Shown in pieces: positions 26,645-40,556 of a stretch of DNA of 64,000 nt. The DNA comes from Raillietiella orientalis (taxonomy: Eukaryota). Under the pieces are notes generated by a model, which saw nothing but the letters and a program-made list of their open reading frames with translations, did not search any database and was not told the DNA's origin. A program made the translations under genes and the position numbers. Location of the stretch: NCBI GenBank assembly GCA_036172245.1, contig JAYWIR010000013.1, positions 3,906,001-3,970,000 on the forward strand, read 5' to 3'. Position 1 is the first letter of the stretch; each line of letters begins with the position of its first letter.

Positions 26645-29600
26645 GGGGAGGGGAAGGGAGGGACCGAACTTCAGAGGTCGGTGCGTTGCAGGAGCGACCA
26701 CTCTGTCTCTGCACCCCACTCGAAGACTTGCAGGTCCAGCTCGACGGAGATGGCGCTGGCGTTCGCATTTCCACTTGCACTTCCCCATGCTGTTGCCCGG
26801 GCAGCGACCGCCTCCCGTGCCGTTGTTCCAGGAAACGCCGAGATCAATTCGCCCTCCTCTTCTTCCTTCCTTTCTTCTTTCGGCTGGAGTCGGGACCGGT
26901 GATTAAAAAGTGTTTTGAGTGAAGATTGGGAGGTGCATCGTTTAGTCGGCGGCGTTCGCACTCGACGTTCATGAAAACACTTTCAGGTGCAGTGGACATT
27001 AAGCAATTTCGAGCTTTCCTACTAAATTTCGCTCTGCGCAGGAATTTCCAATGAAGGGAAAACCCGTCGTGACAGCAAGAAACGGAAGTTGTCTGCCCAC
27101 CACCGCTCGTGCCTCCGTGTTTTGAATTTTCTGGGAAAGCGCAAGAAAGGGAATTCATCATTTTTTTTTTCGGCTCCCGAGGCACGTTTCATCCGACCGA
27201 CTCGAGCAGGCCACCTTCACTTTGGCGCGGGCAGAGATACGCACTTTGGAAGGTGCACAAGAAGAATTTTCCACGTGTGATCTTGATTATACACCACGGC
27301 GTGTCACCAGAGAGACATTATCGAATTGATACAGTGATGAAATCCGAGCCTGGAATCGCCTTTCTCCTGGGCAAACTCTCTCTCGAAAAATTTCAATTCT
27401 AATTACAGATTACACGATAAGCATGGATGTTGCTCAACGCCGGTCATAATGACGGTCCTCGTGATAGTCGAGGGCTTCAATGCGCATCAATTACAAGGTG
27501 GTTGGTTTACAGGAAGGCAGAAAAAACTTTCCTAATCATCTGGATAACCTCATCAAAACGTGAATGAGTGCGAGGTTCTCCAAGACAACGGTTACCATGT
27601 TCATCCTTGCCCACGATGCTGATTGGCCACTTGCGCGTTCGTCCGCACAGTTTCCGGAGTCAGTGCTCCGTAAGGAGAATTCATTCAGTACCACCGAATC
27701 GAGCAAGGAGACTCGGTACCTCCTCGGGCTGTCCACCGAACCAAGAGCGGCCGCTGCAAACAGCGGAAATGTCTTTAGGTCCAAACGCGAACATCGCTTT
27801 TTCAAAAGACGTGCTCAGCAGCCTTTGCCTATCGTTTGGCAAGGATGAAGACGGGGAGAAGAGGAAGACCTCCGGCATGCAACGAGCGGTCTACCGTCGT
27901 CGTCGTCCACCAACGACCGCCTCGGCGGGCAGTTCCCGGATCGCTCCCCACGTTTGCAAAGAAGCACCTCCGGAGAGCGTAAGCGACCAGCAACGGCAAG
28001 GCGTCGAAGAGACAGCAGCAGAAGCCTGACGCAAGGCGGGCGGCGGACCCAGGAAGATGTGAACCCGAGCGTCCGGGATCCACAGTTATCTGCATCTCCT
28101 CCGATATACTCCGGTGCGAACGACCTTAAGAAAGGATTTTCGGACCCAGGTCTTTGCCTGGAAGCTCCGTGAATGCTTCCCAGTGAAAGTCGGAAGCATT
28201 CCGCTCGTGGTGATCCCGGAACAGGGAGCGAGGAAGTACGGAAGGAACGCACCGACTTGGCCTCGAGGTGAAACGGGCGGTTTGGTGCGAGCATGGCTGA
28301 AGCTTGCCTACGAGGTGACCAGCTGCAGCTGCTGAAGAGGTGAGGAGTCCGACTGAGCGATCACGCTGGCGAAGACTCCACAACAGAACTTTCCGAAATA
28401 AGTAAATACGACGGGAAAGGCGTCTCCCACCTTTCGCTTTCACTTTGGAGTTGCCGAGTGCACGAGACCAGCCTTCAGCGTTGCACGAAAGGATCCAAGA
28501 CCGAATTTCATTTCTAGGATTCCTTTCGCTGGATACCGATAATCAGAAGGAGCCAATCGGCTCCGCTGAATTATGGATGCCTGCTCCTCCAACTCCATCA
28601 GCAGAAATTGCGAAGTGGTGATCTTTGTAGAATAATTCGGTGACAACTTCGAGAGAAGCCCATTGGAGAGAGGGAGGGAGAGCGCAAGAGATGCTCAGTT
28701 GGGTCGCACAGCAGCGAGCGGAGCGAAAATCTCCCCGAATTCCTTTTTCTCCGAATGAAGGCAAAGTGTCCCGTTTTTTTTTTTTCCTTTCTTTTCGGTG
28801 TCCTATTTTGATTTCCTTGCAGGAAGGACAGCACCAGGGGGATCTCCGATCCCTGAAAGCGTTTCTTGCTTCCTGTCAAAACTCTGTCAAAGAGAGAGAA
28901 CTCCCTCTTTGTTGATGCAACTTGATGAGCTTGCAAGATGAATGCTCCATGAGATACTTTCCAGGCGGCTTCAGATACGCACTCACTCTTGGTGATGCCT
29001 ACTTGGACAGCTTCCCTCCTATTCCAATGTCCAGCAGCAGTGAGGAATTGGCCTTTGGGGAGAGCGAAGGAGAATTCCACCCTAGGAGCCAGGGAGATCG
29101 AAACCCCCTTCCCTTACACAGCAGTCGCCGCACACGCAAGGAAAACACTGAAGGGGGGAGGGGTAGGTGAAGAAGTTAGAGGGTCCCTGCCGAAATGCAG
29201 GCAAACGGACTCTCGAGGGTTTCTTCCCCGAGAGGACGCGGAAGAAAACGAAAAGGTCGTGCAAACCAGAAATCACACACACCCGGTCAGCATTTCTCTG
29301 GGCATTTCCGATCCCCGCTTGGCGTGGACGAAGAGGCAGGCAGGCAAAGTGGGAAGAATGGGCGGTGCGCGCAGAGCCAGAGGGCAAAAGGCACGAGCGG
29401 AGAGAGCAGCAAAAGACCTCCTCGTGTCCACGTCTTCTTTCCACGCAGCGCGAGTCACTCGTTGCTATGGTACTTCATGGATGCGCATCGTCCGGCGCAT
29501 TTCTTGTGGTTGGCGACACCACTCGCGATTAGCGAAGATTGCTTCCCGAGGGGTTCAGCGGATCAGACGGAAGCTTCCGAAGCATCCCGCCTCGGTCCAG

Positions 29601-31329
29601 ATTCGCCGAGGAGGATTCCCGAGCCGCCGCTTGACATCTGGAAAACGGCAGATGCCTCTCTGCTCGTTTTGCGCGTGCCTTCGTGTTCCTCGTTCCTCTC
29701 CGGGCGCCTCCGTCGTGCACTTCGGAATCGCCGCCCCGCTGTTGTGAACCAGAGACTCACCCCTTTTCTTTAAAAAGGAAAAGGAAAAAGGCGAAAATGA
29801 ATCTTTCATTTCCGTCCACTCCACGCGATTCATCTCGGACTGATTTCGCGTGTCTCTCCAGTGAATGTTTCCTCCTTTCATCTTTATGAATGACTTTTTT
29901 CCGTAGGCGATTCGATGGAGTCGCCTTCGGAGGAGCCTGCAGCCTGAAAGTTTTCCCTCCGTGATGGCGGACATGACCAAATGCGCGTGTCTGCCGCGCC
30001 AGGACCTTCAGTCCGTTCTTTCGACGGCGACGAAGGAAACGCTCGCGCGCGGTCCCGAGCGCCATCGTCATTCCCTACGGCCCAGGGCTTGCGAATTTGA
30101 TGACTGCCTCATTCCGGAGACGGATGGAAACTGGAAAGCCTTCGGAAGGCCGACGGGAGTGCTCAGAATCCGTCGCGGAAAATTTCCATCCTCATCCGGG
30201 AAGTGCATTCGTACAATTTCGATACCCTCCGAGCCCCCGGCAACCAACCTCAGCTTAAGAGCAGATCACAAGCAGCTGATCGACGGAAACGAACCCAGGC
30301 GAATTCGAACGGCAAGGGTAAAAAAAAGAAGGTCGGATCAGCTGAGGAGGAAGTCCGTCAGCGTGGACCACCGAAAAGTGCTTTACTCGCCATCGTGCTG
30401 TCGATGCTTCGGACGCTCCGTCCGGCAGTCCGGAGCTGACCATCCCGCACGTCTTCGTTGCCATGGGGGGATCGCCCAGCAACGGAATTGCCATCTCAGG
30501 GCGAGCCCCCAAGCTGAAGATGCCGGAGGCACCTGCCCAGCTGGCGGATCTCCACAAGCGCGGTTGGAATCATCACCGAAAGGGCTCCCAAAGAGCAGCT
30601 CTTTTCCAGATAGTCGGGCAGTTTTCTTCGAATTGCTCTTCCAAACTCTTCTGATGATCCTCCATGCAAAATATTTCTTTTCCTTGAATTTTTTTGCCCC
30701 CTGCCGCACTGACTCCGCTCTGCTGCGTACGAGTCATCCGTTCTCGCCTTCCCTGATCTCGGGGGTCATCCAATTTAAACAACGCTGCTCCACGTTCAAA
30801 GCCTTCGACCCGCGCAGCATCCAAACGGTCGCGGTGCATAACGTCACGAATCGCGGGAAAACATGATGGAGACCTGAAATTCCTCGAACGAGAACGCATA
30901 TGGCTCTTGCGGCTGGCGCATCTGATCACCGGGAAATTATTCTAATCCCCTATAAAGGAATGCAGTCCACAAGATGGCCCTTTGATGCGTGACGCGATGC
31001 AGGTCCACTTCATCCTCCTTTGTACGTTCCAGAAAAAGAAAGACAAAAAAAAAAAAAAGCTGAGGAAAAATAAAAGACGTCTGACCGGCTCTCGATCCAG
31101 AAGCGACTGAATAAACACTCCGTGGTCAAGACAGAGACTTTGCTATGAAAACAGAGAAAAGAATGCGACATAAATAACTCATTCCGGGAAGCCCACGGGC
31201 TGAAGCAGGAAGCTCGCACAAGCAGACCGCAAAACCGGGTATCTTCTCTGCCAGCATCAGCACGCTTCTCAACGCTCTCTTAAATGCGTGCCCCTTTCAT
31301 GAACCCATAAGCCACGACTTGAACTTGAC

Positions 31330-32520
31330 TGCTGCTTGCGTACAACTTCGATCAAGACCGGTTTCTCATTCTTTTGAGACCGTGCTTTCCTTGCTCTGAC
31401 TTGACCCAAACAAGAAACGAACAGAGGAGGAGTGACTTTGGAGAATTCCATAGCGTTCCAAGTGGCAAGCAGATCGCTTTCTTCTGGACCACTGAAGAAG
31501 AAAGAGATATCACAAGATACGGGCGCAGTTCTAAAACCCACGCTGCGCCTTGGACCTCAGCAATGGCCGAGACAAGCTGAGAGTCCTCCGTGCACTTGCA
31601 GTTTCGTGTCCACAACGGCGCATGGGGGTCCCTCCTCAGACAGATGTTTAGGGTTAGAGGAAGACACGCGCGCCGCGCCTGACGTACGGACAGCTACGGT
31701 AGGGAAAAAGATTTTCGACATGCAGCTTCCGGCAAAGGGCTGCTTCGGAAGCACGAAAGACGTGGAAAACGACGGCGCCTTTCCCTCCTTCTACTCCCTT
31801 GCTGCAAAACTGGACCACGGCTTATCTCCCTCATCTTGAGAGATCCGACCCCACCGCCTTGAACTTTTCCTCCGAAACTCCACTCCGCCCCTGCTGAACC
31901 CACGCTTTCCTAAGACAGCTGTCCTACACGAGTCTTTTTGTGAGCGGTGCTCGTGGAAGGCACAATGGCGTTCTTTCAAACACGGAGTGATTTGCAGCCA
32001 TCTCTTAATCTGGACAACTGTAGCAGCGCACCTCTCCACGTAGAATATGAGATAAGATTTCACGGGTCCTTTTCGACTTTTCAGAGGCGAAAGATGTGAA
32101 TACCGCGATTCGGAATGGCTTCTACGGTCCGAAGGGTCGGCCATAATTTGATGAGATGTAAAGAGAAAATTGAGTATTCACTGGGAAGAAAAGCGGCCTT
32201 CAAGGGTGTTGGGGATGCAAATCGAAGGTGCTATCGCTCATCGCTCACTACTTGGAGAGCAAGCAAATTAACGCACTGTACGTCCTTCGCATGAAGCCAG
32301 CCTCATGTGGGCACATTTTCGATGCCAGAAGAAAACACGCAAACTGAAGCGCATGGTGACCAGGCGAATGACCTCCTGGCGATAACCCTGGTTCTCAACT
32401 CCAGTCACCCCATTGAACATAAGAAGAAGGGTGAACAACATTCTCCTGAGGTACAAGAAACCTTGCAGAAGGAGAAGACGAAGCCTTCAGGTTTCCTCTC
32501 CGGCTGAAGAAACCTCAAAG
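31330..32520 (+). mobile_element. Decayed non-LTR (Jockey-like) APE endonuclease plus linker
   Basis: NRGGVTL (~GGGVA), GKKIFD, NDGAFPSF...LDHGLS (~N.G.PT...LD), RSDPTALNF (~SDH), followed by a linker-like DQANDLLAITL. Confidence 0.5.
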
Positions 32521-33399
32521 GTCGCACTGCTTTTTGCCTCGACAGAATTAGAGAGCGACTGCAACTGAGCTACGCTTGTTTCCAGTGTACCAAAAAATTG
32601 TTCTATTTATTGTTGCGTTGTTGGTATATCAAATGACGCGTGCAGCAAGTCGAGAGGCAGAGCGACACTGCCCAGTCAGCACGCTCTTTCTCGGATGGAA
32701 CAAAAGCAAACAACGAACGTCCTCAGAAGCGACTTCCGTGCACATCTGCTCTGAAATCCAGGCTGCTGTAAGGGATTCAGCAGGAGCGTCCTGCTGCTCC
32801 TTTTTTTTTTCTTCGAATTTCCCGATCTGCGAGAAACCGGGCTCCTGTGTACAACACTCGAGAATCGTGGTGGACGGTGACTTCGTTTCGAGCAAAGTGC
32901 ACTCTCAACCCTCTCAAAGTCTACCGCCAAAGGCATCCTTGCGACCACGGTGAGCTCCCTTTTCGACGGATTCGCAGTTGGGTCATAAATAAGTGGTACT
33001 TCGCCGGATCCAAGAAGCACTAAGACATGGAGAAATTGCAGCGACATTCTATGCATTTTATGGATTCACATGCATTCTATGCACGTACATTACTCTCGAG
33101 TTACAGTGAACTGGAAGAGGGGAGCTGAGTGAGGTATTCTGTCGAATGAGATATCCTATTTAATTCCGAGAAGCTGATGAAATGTGGCAATATGGCATTC
33201 AAAGAGCAACCTGTCGAGTTCGCATGAGAACATGAGATTCCAACGTTGGTTTTCGCCTTAAATACAAATCGCTGCTTCTCTAAGAAACGTCGCTGATGCT
33301 ATTAAAGTTCATGCAATGAATTCCACCTCGTAACGGAGAATGTTCTGGAATCATCATCATCATCGTCATCGAACCGGAATCTTTCATATGGCTGCCGCG

Positions 33400-35720
33400 C
33401 ACGATGCATTCACGAATCTTTACGACTGAAAAGAAACGCTTTTTCTGCTGTTCACCGCGTGTTCCTTGAGAAACGCGCCACTTTCTAACGCGACGGTGGT
33501 CATGTCGCTCGGGTAAACGAGCAGGTCGAAAATCCGTAGGTCAGAAACCCTGAAACTCGAAAGCAAGGGAAGGAAAGATGGAAGAAATGACGGGGTGCTG
33601 GTGAAAGGTCGCTTGCGGCTTATTTGCTCTTGGCGCCTTTGTTCCATTTTTCCCCAACGACCTGCCAGTGATGGTCACCCCTACATCTGCCCACGACTTC
33701 ACCACTCTCCGCAAAATCCTTCTACCCCTCAGTCCGAAGCTGCTCCTCAAAGAACCAGCAATTAATTTTTCCACTTAATCTGGTTTTAATGACTGTTCTC
33801 AGACTCCGAGAAGCATGAAAGACAAAAAAAAAAAAAAAAAAATTGCCTTTTAATCTCAATTTCAATTTGACTCGAAGGTCGAGAAGGTAATCACATATTT
33901 CAGGTCTCATCGCCCGGACACATTGTGTACGCGCATGTGAGAGCAGTGTTCATTTTCTCGTATCTCTCCCTCTTGCCTTTGACAGAATCATCTGCTGAAA
34001 TGAAATGTCAAAGAATCACTTATCAACTCTATTCCGGACATCATGAGGGCCTCGGAGCGCTTGAAAGGTTTCGCTGTAGGTCGCACAATCACAGAATAGG
34101 GAACCTCCTTTTCCTCAAGCATCGGAAACGCGCGAGTGTGGAATTGGGGCCTCCTTGACCGCTTGGCCCTTCTTCTACTGGAGGTCTCTCTATCTCTGGG
34201 CGTTGTTCCCTCTTCAACAAGAAGGGATGGATTTTGAGCCCCAACCGGAAACCAGCAAGTCTGGTTTAAGGACGAGGAACGAAGAGGGAAACCAGGAAGG
34301 TGGGGAAGGAATCTCGCAGCGGTGAATGGAACTGGACCAGAACGAAGAAGAAATCACACGACTTTGCTGATCGTACGGGTGATCCGAATACGATCTCTTC
34401 TTACGGAAGCACATCCAGAACAAACAACAAACCCCATTCCATTCCTCCCGACCTTGTCAATGATCACTCTATCAACGCTACCCCACTCCAACAAGCAATC
34501 CACAAACCCACAACTCACAACCATCGCCCTAACCAACCCCACTATATGATTCGAAGCCAATAACTACCTACGATGGTGGGTTACAGCGATTGCTTCATGT
34601 GAGGTGGTGGTAATTGGAGTAGGTGAGGATTTCGAGCTTTATCTTTTAGGTGTTTGGCTTGGTTAGTTATCTTTATATAGTAGTGAAAGTTTATTTGTTT
34701 CGATTTATTCTAAAATAATTTGGAGTTAAAATGTGCACTTTATAATTTTAAATATTAATTAATTAACTAGTATAAATATATTTTAGCACGAATCTACATA
34801 ATTTTAATATGATTGTGTAACATAAAAATATTTACATACACAATTTATTCATTATATAATAATGTTAATTTTACATTGCAATTGATAATGAATTGGATGT
34901 AGTCGCCAACGAGAAAGAGTGGAAGATACGGTTAGATTTACTGAAGCGTTTCCTTCTGCTCCATTGCAGAGAAGCTGAGCCGCTGCTCATCTTACTCATC
35001 ACGGGAAATTTGAACCAATTGCTCTAAAACTTGACCCCGCCCCCTTCCGAACCCACGCTTCAAACCCCAAACAGCTGCCCTACGCAAGTGCGGTGAGTTC
35101 ACCGAACGTCGGAAAACCCGAACTCCGTTCCTTCTACCAGAAGCCATCATCCCAAAAGCTTGCGGCGTTGAGCAGAGCGCGCATTTGTTTACACAGAGGA
35201 TGCCGTAAACAAATGGCATCCACTCAGCGGACGTTTGGAGTTGTCCGGGAAGATGCTGGCAGCCATCACGGAGGCACATAAACAGGGAGAAACACAATCG
35301 TGAAACGAGAGGGAAGCTGTGCCCGGAAAGCAAGAAGTGGGCATTCTGGAGTGCTCTCCTTTTCAAGTGACCTTTGTTAAATAGTGCGGATTCAGGAAAA
35401 GCCGCGCGTTCTCAAAGCATCCACTTTCGGCTGGGGACGGTTGCGCTCTTAATAGCCGTAGGTCCAAAGAAGTCCATCACAGGCGGACTCGCTTGTCCAT
35501 TCTTCATCCCCCACCCGAAATGTGCACCATCATCGGAAGTGCTTCCCGCCGAAAGCGAACGCTTATCGAAGATCCGCTCGGCTCGGGGCTCACCGACCGC
35601 GTTCGGGATTCGATCTCCCGGGGAAACGCGTTGGATATCCTCGCCTATCGTACGCATGCGGAGCACGAAGGAATTCGCAAGGACAGATGACCGTTCCGGA
35701 CGAAGACATCAGAACCGCAT
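33400..35720 (-). mobile_element. Decayed CR1-type RT, apparently interrupted by a ~1.1-kb insert (~33790-34870)
   Basis: 35700-34870: SPGDRIPN, FLLSGHS, QAFG, GRGQVL, LSFSAMEQK (~LFADDTK), QFIINCNV (~FN..KC.V). The pattern resumes near 33780 with FGLRGRRILRRVVKSWADVGVTI (~L.G..L..V..EKDLGV) and PRANK. Confidence 0.5.
34000..34880 (+). mobile_element. Possible MULE/Mutator transposase C-terminus plus AT-rich terminal region
   Basis: LWALFPLQQE...MELDQNEEEITRLC*SYG*SEYDLFLRKHIQN (three TGA stops) resembles the C-terminus of arthropod MULE transposases. It is followed by CTAACC/GGTTAG words and a very AT-rich block (34680-34880). Confidence 0.33.
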
Positions 35721-38700
35721 CGGGACCGGCATCCACTCATTTGGGATTGGCCCGCATCTCAAGAGCTGGAAAATTCCGACACGTGTTTGCTCGTCGTGTA
35801 CGCGAAGGCCGGAGAAAGGAAAACACGCGTGCACGTGGACGTCGGTGCAGGGAGGTCCGAAAGAGCGCAAACAACTCCCAAGTCAGAAGGAACGAAGTGT
35901 TTCCGAACGTGAACGGCCATCTTTGGAAGAAGTACCGGAAAAACCTCAGGCGGCTGTAGCCGAAGCACCTCGCAATGCTTGCTGATGAAGGGGTCTGAAA
36001 GGAACAAAGAGATCTTAAGAGGAACCCAACCCGAGAGTTGCTACGCCGCTTTGGAAGGAAGCGCGAAGTTCTTTTACCGGTGAGAATTCGTTTCCGAGGT
36101 GGAGCCGGCTCAACATTGAGGGGGAGGGAGGTGAGGCCTCAAATCTGGTGGAAGCACGCCAGCACATCCGATCGAACACTCCCAGCATCTTGGTCCAGTC
36201 CTCGCGGCAAACAGCCGTAGGGACTTGGCGCTTTCGAGAATTCGAATTTCAATACGGCTCGGTTCCCGCCGGCGTCCTCCGCATCAGGAAAACGGTCACG
36301 TTCCAGTCGATGAAGTGATGCTTTCCAACTCATCCCTCCGTGCGCATCTGGTCCAGGTCGCAAGATCGCCATCACGTGACTTCTGCAGGGCTGCAGCCCA
36401 CGCTTCAGAGCGGCGCTTTCGCTTCCAGCTTCCCTTCTTCTCTTCGCGAACCGATCCTTCCGAGCTCAGGCGAGACGTGTCCAGACTTTGGTTCAGCTGG
36501 TTTCCCGTCTTCAGGGATCGGTGAGCAAAGCAAAAGAAATGATACGCACACACGAAAATTACGCGAGGAACAAAGAGAATGTGAAGAGAAACTTCTTGTG
36601 ATTCAAAATTTCCCGTTTCTCCTTTCATTTGTATGACCAGAGTGCATTATCTGCTTTATGCTCCCGAGTCCACTGAAAGAATGCAGGAATTGTGTCAGAT
36701 GGTTGCTCGAAGTGAATGGAGGACCTCGCGGAGTGGTGGTGAGCAGCCAGCCGCCTTTCGCGGAGGCACCAAGAGGGAACATTCCTTCTGCTTGCCAATT
36801 CCGCTAAAGAAACGCCACTGCGGGCGAAGAAGAGACTCCCGCAAACCCCACCAACGCGGCGATTTTTTTTCCCCCTTCTTCTTCTTCTTCTCGCACGACG
36901 CTCGCGGATGATGATTTCGGCGTTGGTGCGTGTGCAAGATATCCGGTGAGTCCAAGACGATACCGAAAGCCGGAAAGTTTCCGAGTGTCTCCTTGATACA
37001 TAGAAGAATGGAGGACGACAGATGGAAATCAAATTTCAAAAGAATGCGCCATTGTTTTCGAAATTCAAATCGCAGCTGCCGCCTTTTGCAAGCAGCGGGT
37101 ATTCATCGAACTGTGATCCCCAGTTAATCGAAATGCGTGGAACAGCGACTGAGAGCTCCCGACGCTACACGAGGGTCGCCAGCACGCGGGGCGCTGGTCG
37201 CCGGGGAAACCATGGACCGGACACGGGATGGTGGCAGACAGTGGGGATCCTTGCGCGGGCCACCGCGGAAGCGCTGCTGCCGGCCTTCGGCTCATTTTCC
37301 GCTTTCGGGAGGAGAGGCGCTCTCGACCACCACCTCTGCAGGAGGTGCGTTTCGCGCTCCGTGGACCGACCACACCGTTTCACAAGGCGGGCCCTGAGGC
37401 TGCGGTTGGGTAATCCGGGAGTTGCGGGCGCGGAAGTCAGGAACCGGAAGGCACAACCGGGCAGCGTCGCTTTTCTTCGGAAAGAGCCGAACGCCGTGCG
37501 GAGCGGCGGAGCCTCCGCAGGTCGAAGCCGCGAGCGTTCCGCATCGGGGCCGCAGGCTTCCGACAAATCAGCTGTGGTCCAGAGGAGCCTCCAGCCTTCC
37601 AGGGTATCGAAGCGCTGCTCAGCAGGGTTTGCGGAACGAATCCCGGCGGAAGAGACGCTGCCGAGATCCCCGTGGTTTCGGGCTCTCGGGCATCTCGAAA
37701 AAAGTGCTCTCGCGAGCCGCAGGACCGACCGCTTCCGGAAGACTTTTGACGGGAGAGGAAAAAAAACGACAAAGCAAAAGCACGGGGAAAATCCAGGAAG
37801 GGTGGGGGGGGGGGGTTCTCAAGCGCCGCACCGGGCCTTCCCTGCCCTGACAAGCCCGAGGTGGCTTCGGATTCACAGCGCTGCCGCGGGAACCTGGAGG
37901 GGGTGCATGCGGACGGCGGGGTCATCTCAGCCGCGCCGTCGCACCGTAATTTATGAATCGATCGGTGGCGCTGTCGACGGCGAAAGGCGCGAACGCACGG
38001 TTCGTTTCCAGGGGTCGGCGAACGCGTGCAGAACGGCGTAGCGGGCCGCCTGGGTCACCGGGGTTTCGGCGGGCGTGGGTGGAGCTGGACGCGGACACGC
38101 TGCCGTGTGCGCTTTCCTCCTCGCGCCGGAAGGCTTTGGTCGCCTCCGTCCTCACCGGGTGGACGGAGGCGATCGGCGAAAGCACCTTCGGTCGGGGAGC
38201 GGCTCGTTCCCGCTTCCCTGTGCACAAACGCGCCTCACCAGCGGACCGTTTTCGAGGTGGACCCGGGACTGCTTTCCAGTCAGGAGAGATAAAAAGCTTC
38301 AGCTGATGCGGAATCAGCTGAAGCTCCACTTTTTTTAAAAAAAAAAAAAAAAAGAAAGAAGAAAAAGGAAAAAAAGGGGGCGGTCTTGTTGCCGAAGGAT
38401 CCCTGCATCCGGCGGAGCTGATTGGATAGCCAAAGAGGAGAGGATCCGTCGTCGCTTAGAGAGTCGTTGGCCAGCTCGGGTACCTGCCGACAAACGCTGA
38501 CGGCAAGCTATCCGCTCAGCGCGTCCAAAGAAGGGGAAGCACGCAAAGAGGGCCGAAGGGCAAAGACGGTTTCCTTCGCAGGAGAATCTTCGGCCTTTCC
38601 CGTCAAAGTGGCCCCCAAAGCTGCTCCCGACCCTCTAGGCCGGAAGGTGGGCATGCGCGGCGCACCGCGGGTCTACAAAGCATGCACAGTTCGCCATGCA

Positions 38701-40456
38701 AGCCGGATTCGGTCCAGCCCCGCATCCGAGTCGGGCCGCTGGCTCCATCCTCCGCAGGGCACCGCTTAAGAGCTTCGCTGCCGTCCCAAAGGCGGCGGCA
38801 AGCGAACCTTTTTACGGTTCTGCCGGGTTCCAAGAGGCGGTTCGTTCAAGCTGCGGGGAAGGGTGGGGGTGGGGGTGGGGAAACAGCTTGCAAAGACTGA
38901 GACCGCCGCTCGGTGAGGAAGAAAAGACTCCGTGGTGCACGTGCGATCCTCGCTATTGACGAAGTGTGTTCCCAGGTTCTCTTCGAGTGACCACTCAAAC
39001 GGCGAAGGGGGGGAGGGGGAGAACGAAAAAATTGCATTTCCTGGAGCTTCTAAATCTCCTGTCTGACAAGTATGGCTCATTACGTCAGCAGCCATCTTTC
39101 GGGGCCTCAGGCTGAGAGTCTCGTCCAGAGCAACCGAGTCCATCATTTCTGATTTCAATTACCGCATCCATGGGCACAACGGTCAAGCGAGTTTTTACAC
39201 GATTTATGCCCCGCCGTGGAAAGTGTAGGGCCAGAGATAACTCAGCAGCTGAGTATCGTGTGGATGCTGGGTAAAGCAGTGGGACCGTAGGGCCGCTCGG
39301 CCAAATTTCAGAGGACTGCGGTCGCCTAGCGCAGCATCTTCACGCCGGGACGAGCGGGTGGGCCTCGGACGGCAGGAAAACGGCAGCTCTCGGAGCGGGT
39401 GGCCGGGGGGAGGGGACCCCGCGCGCTGACGTCGCGGGTTCGCATCCGTTGGCTGCAGCCGGGCGCATCTCGGTGGGACCCGTGGCCACCGCGGAGCGCC
39501 CCGGAGGGAAAGACTTCCCGAACGAGGGAAAGCAACGAAAGGGAACCAAGGGAACGGGCGCTTCTCAGTGAGCAGATCCAGGAGGGACAGCTCTTTGGCC
39601 GGATGCTGCCTGCCCCTGGAGCCATCCCTGAAGCCGCCCGTGGAAGCGGAAACGCGGACGACGCGAAACGATCCCGGCAGCGCGCAGGAGCACCGTCGAA
39701 GCCGGGGGGCATGCGGCGACTCGGAAGGTTTGCCCCGTTTTTTGGGGGGGGATATCGGGACGTTCGTCGGTGGGTCGCCCCGTAAACCGAGTGCGTTCCC
39801 CCACTCGGCACCGTTCCGAAGCAGTCGGTCACGTGGGAGGAACATTAGGCGGTGTCCGCGAACACCCGCGGATCACGGAAGGAGCGCCAGCGGAGGCACC
39901 GAACGGGGCTGCCGCCGCCATGGAGCAGGGAGGCGGGCGCACGGCAGCGCCAGCAGTGGGACGAGAGGACCGTACAACGCGCGCGCGTACGGAAGTCCAT
40001 CCGCACTCCTGCCCTGTTTTGCTTTCCTTCCGTTCCTCTCCCTTGCCTTCCCCGGCAGGACCGTTTCCCCGGAGACGGGAGAGCAGAACGCGCGCGGGGG
40101 TGGGGCCGTCTGGAACGCATTCGGGTGGGTCGCCGAGGCCCGGATCCGTTCCCGGGAAAGCGGAGGCCATCATCCCCGGCTTTCCATCCGGGAGCTGAGC
40201 ATCAACGTCCAGGGAGCCTCCGCATAGGAAAGGGACCTCTCGGCACCCACGTCGGTCGCGTTCGCGCCACGGCGAGGCGGTTCCGTCTCCGGGGAAACCG
40301 AGGCGGACTCTCGCGGCCACCCACTCCCCCACGCTCCCCCGGAGGAGGAGGAGGGAGAGCAGGAGGAGGAGGAGGGGGGGGGGAGGGAAGGGAAGAAGAG
40401 AGAAAGAAAGAAAGAAAAAAAAAAGGGAAATCCGTTTCCAAGCATCTTTTACTCAC

Positions 40457-40474
40457 GTCCTGAAATTCCGCCAT
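40457..40474 (-). CDS. Klf1/2/4: Probable first coding exon of the KLF gene (MAEFQD)
   Basis: The minus strand reads gacATGGCGGAATTTCAGGAC|gtgagt: good Kozak context and a strong phase-0 donor matching the phase-0 acceptor at 6600. The joined peptide [16 protein letters not shown] resembles the KLF4 acidic activation motif EEFNDLLDLDFIL (recalled). It lies just downstream of a promoter-like cluster. Confidence 0.72.
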
Positions 40475-40556
40475 GTCGGAGCCGATTCGGGATTCCGGGT
40501 ATCCTGTTCCCAAGCAAACTGGATACAGTACTACAGCACCGCTGCACATCACTCAC

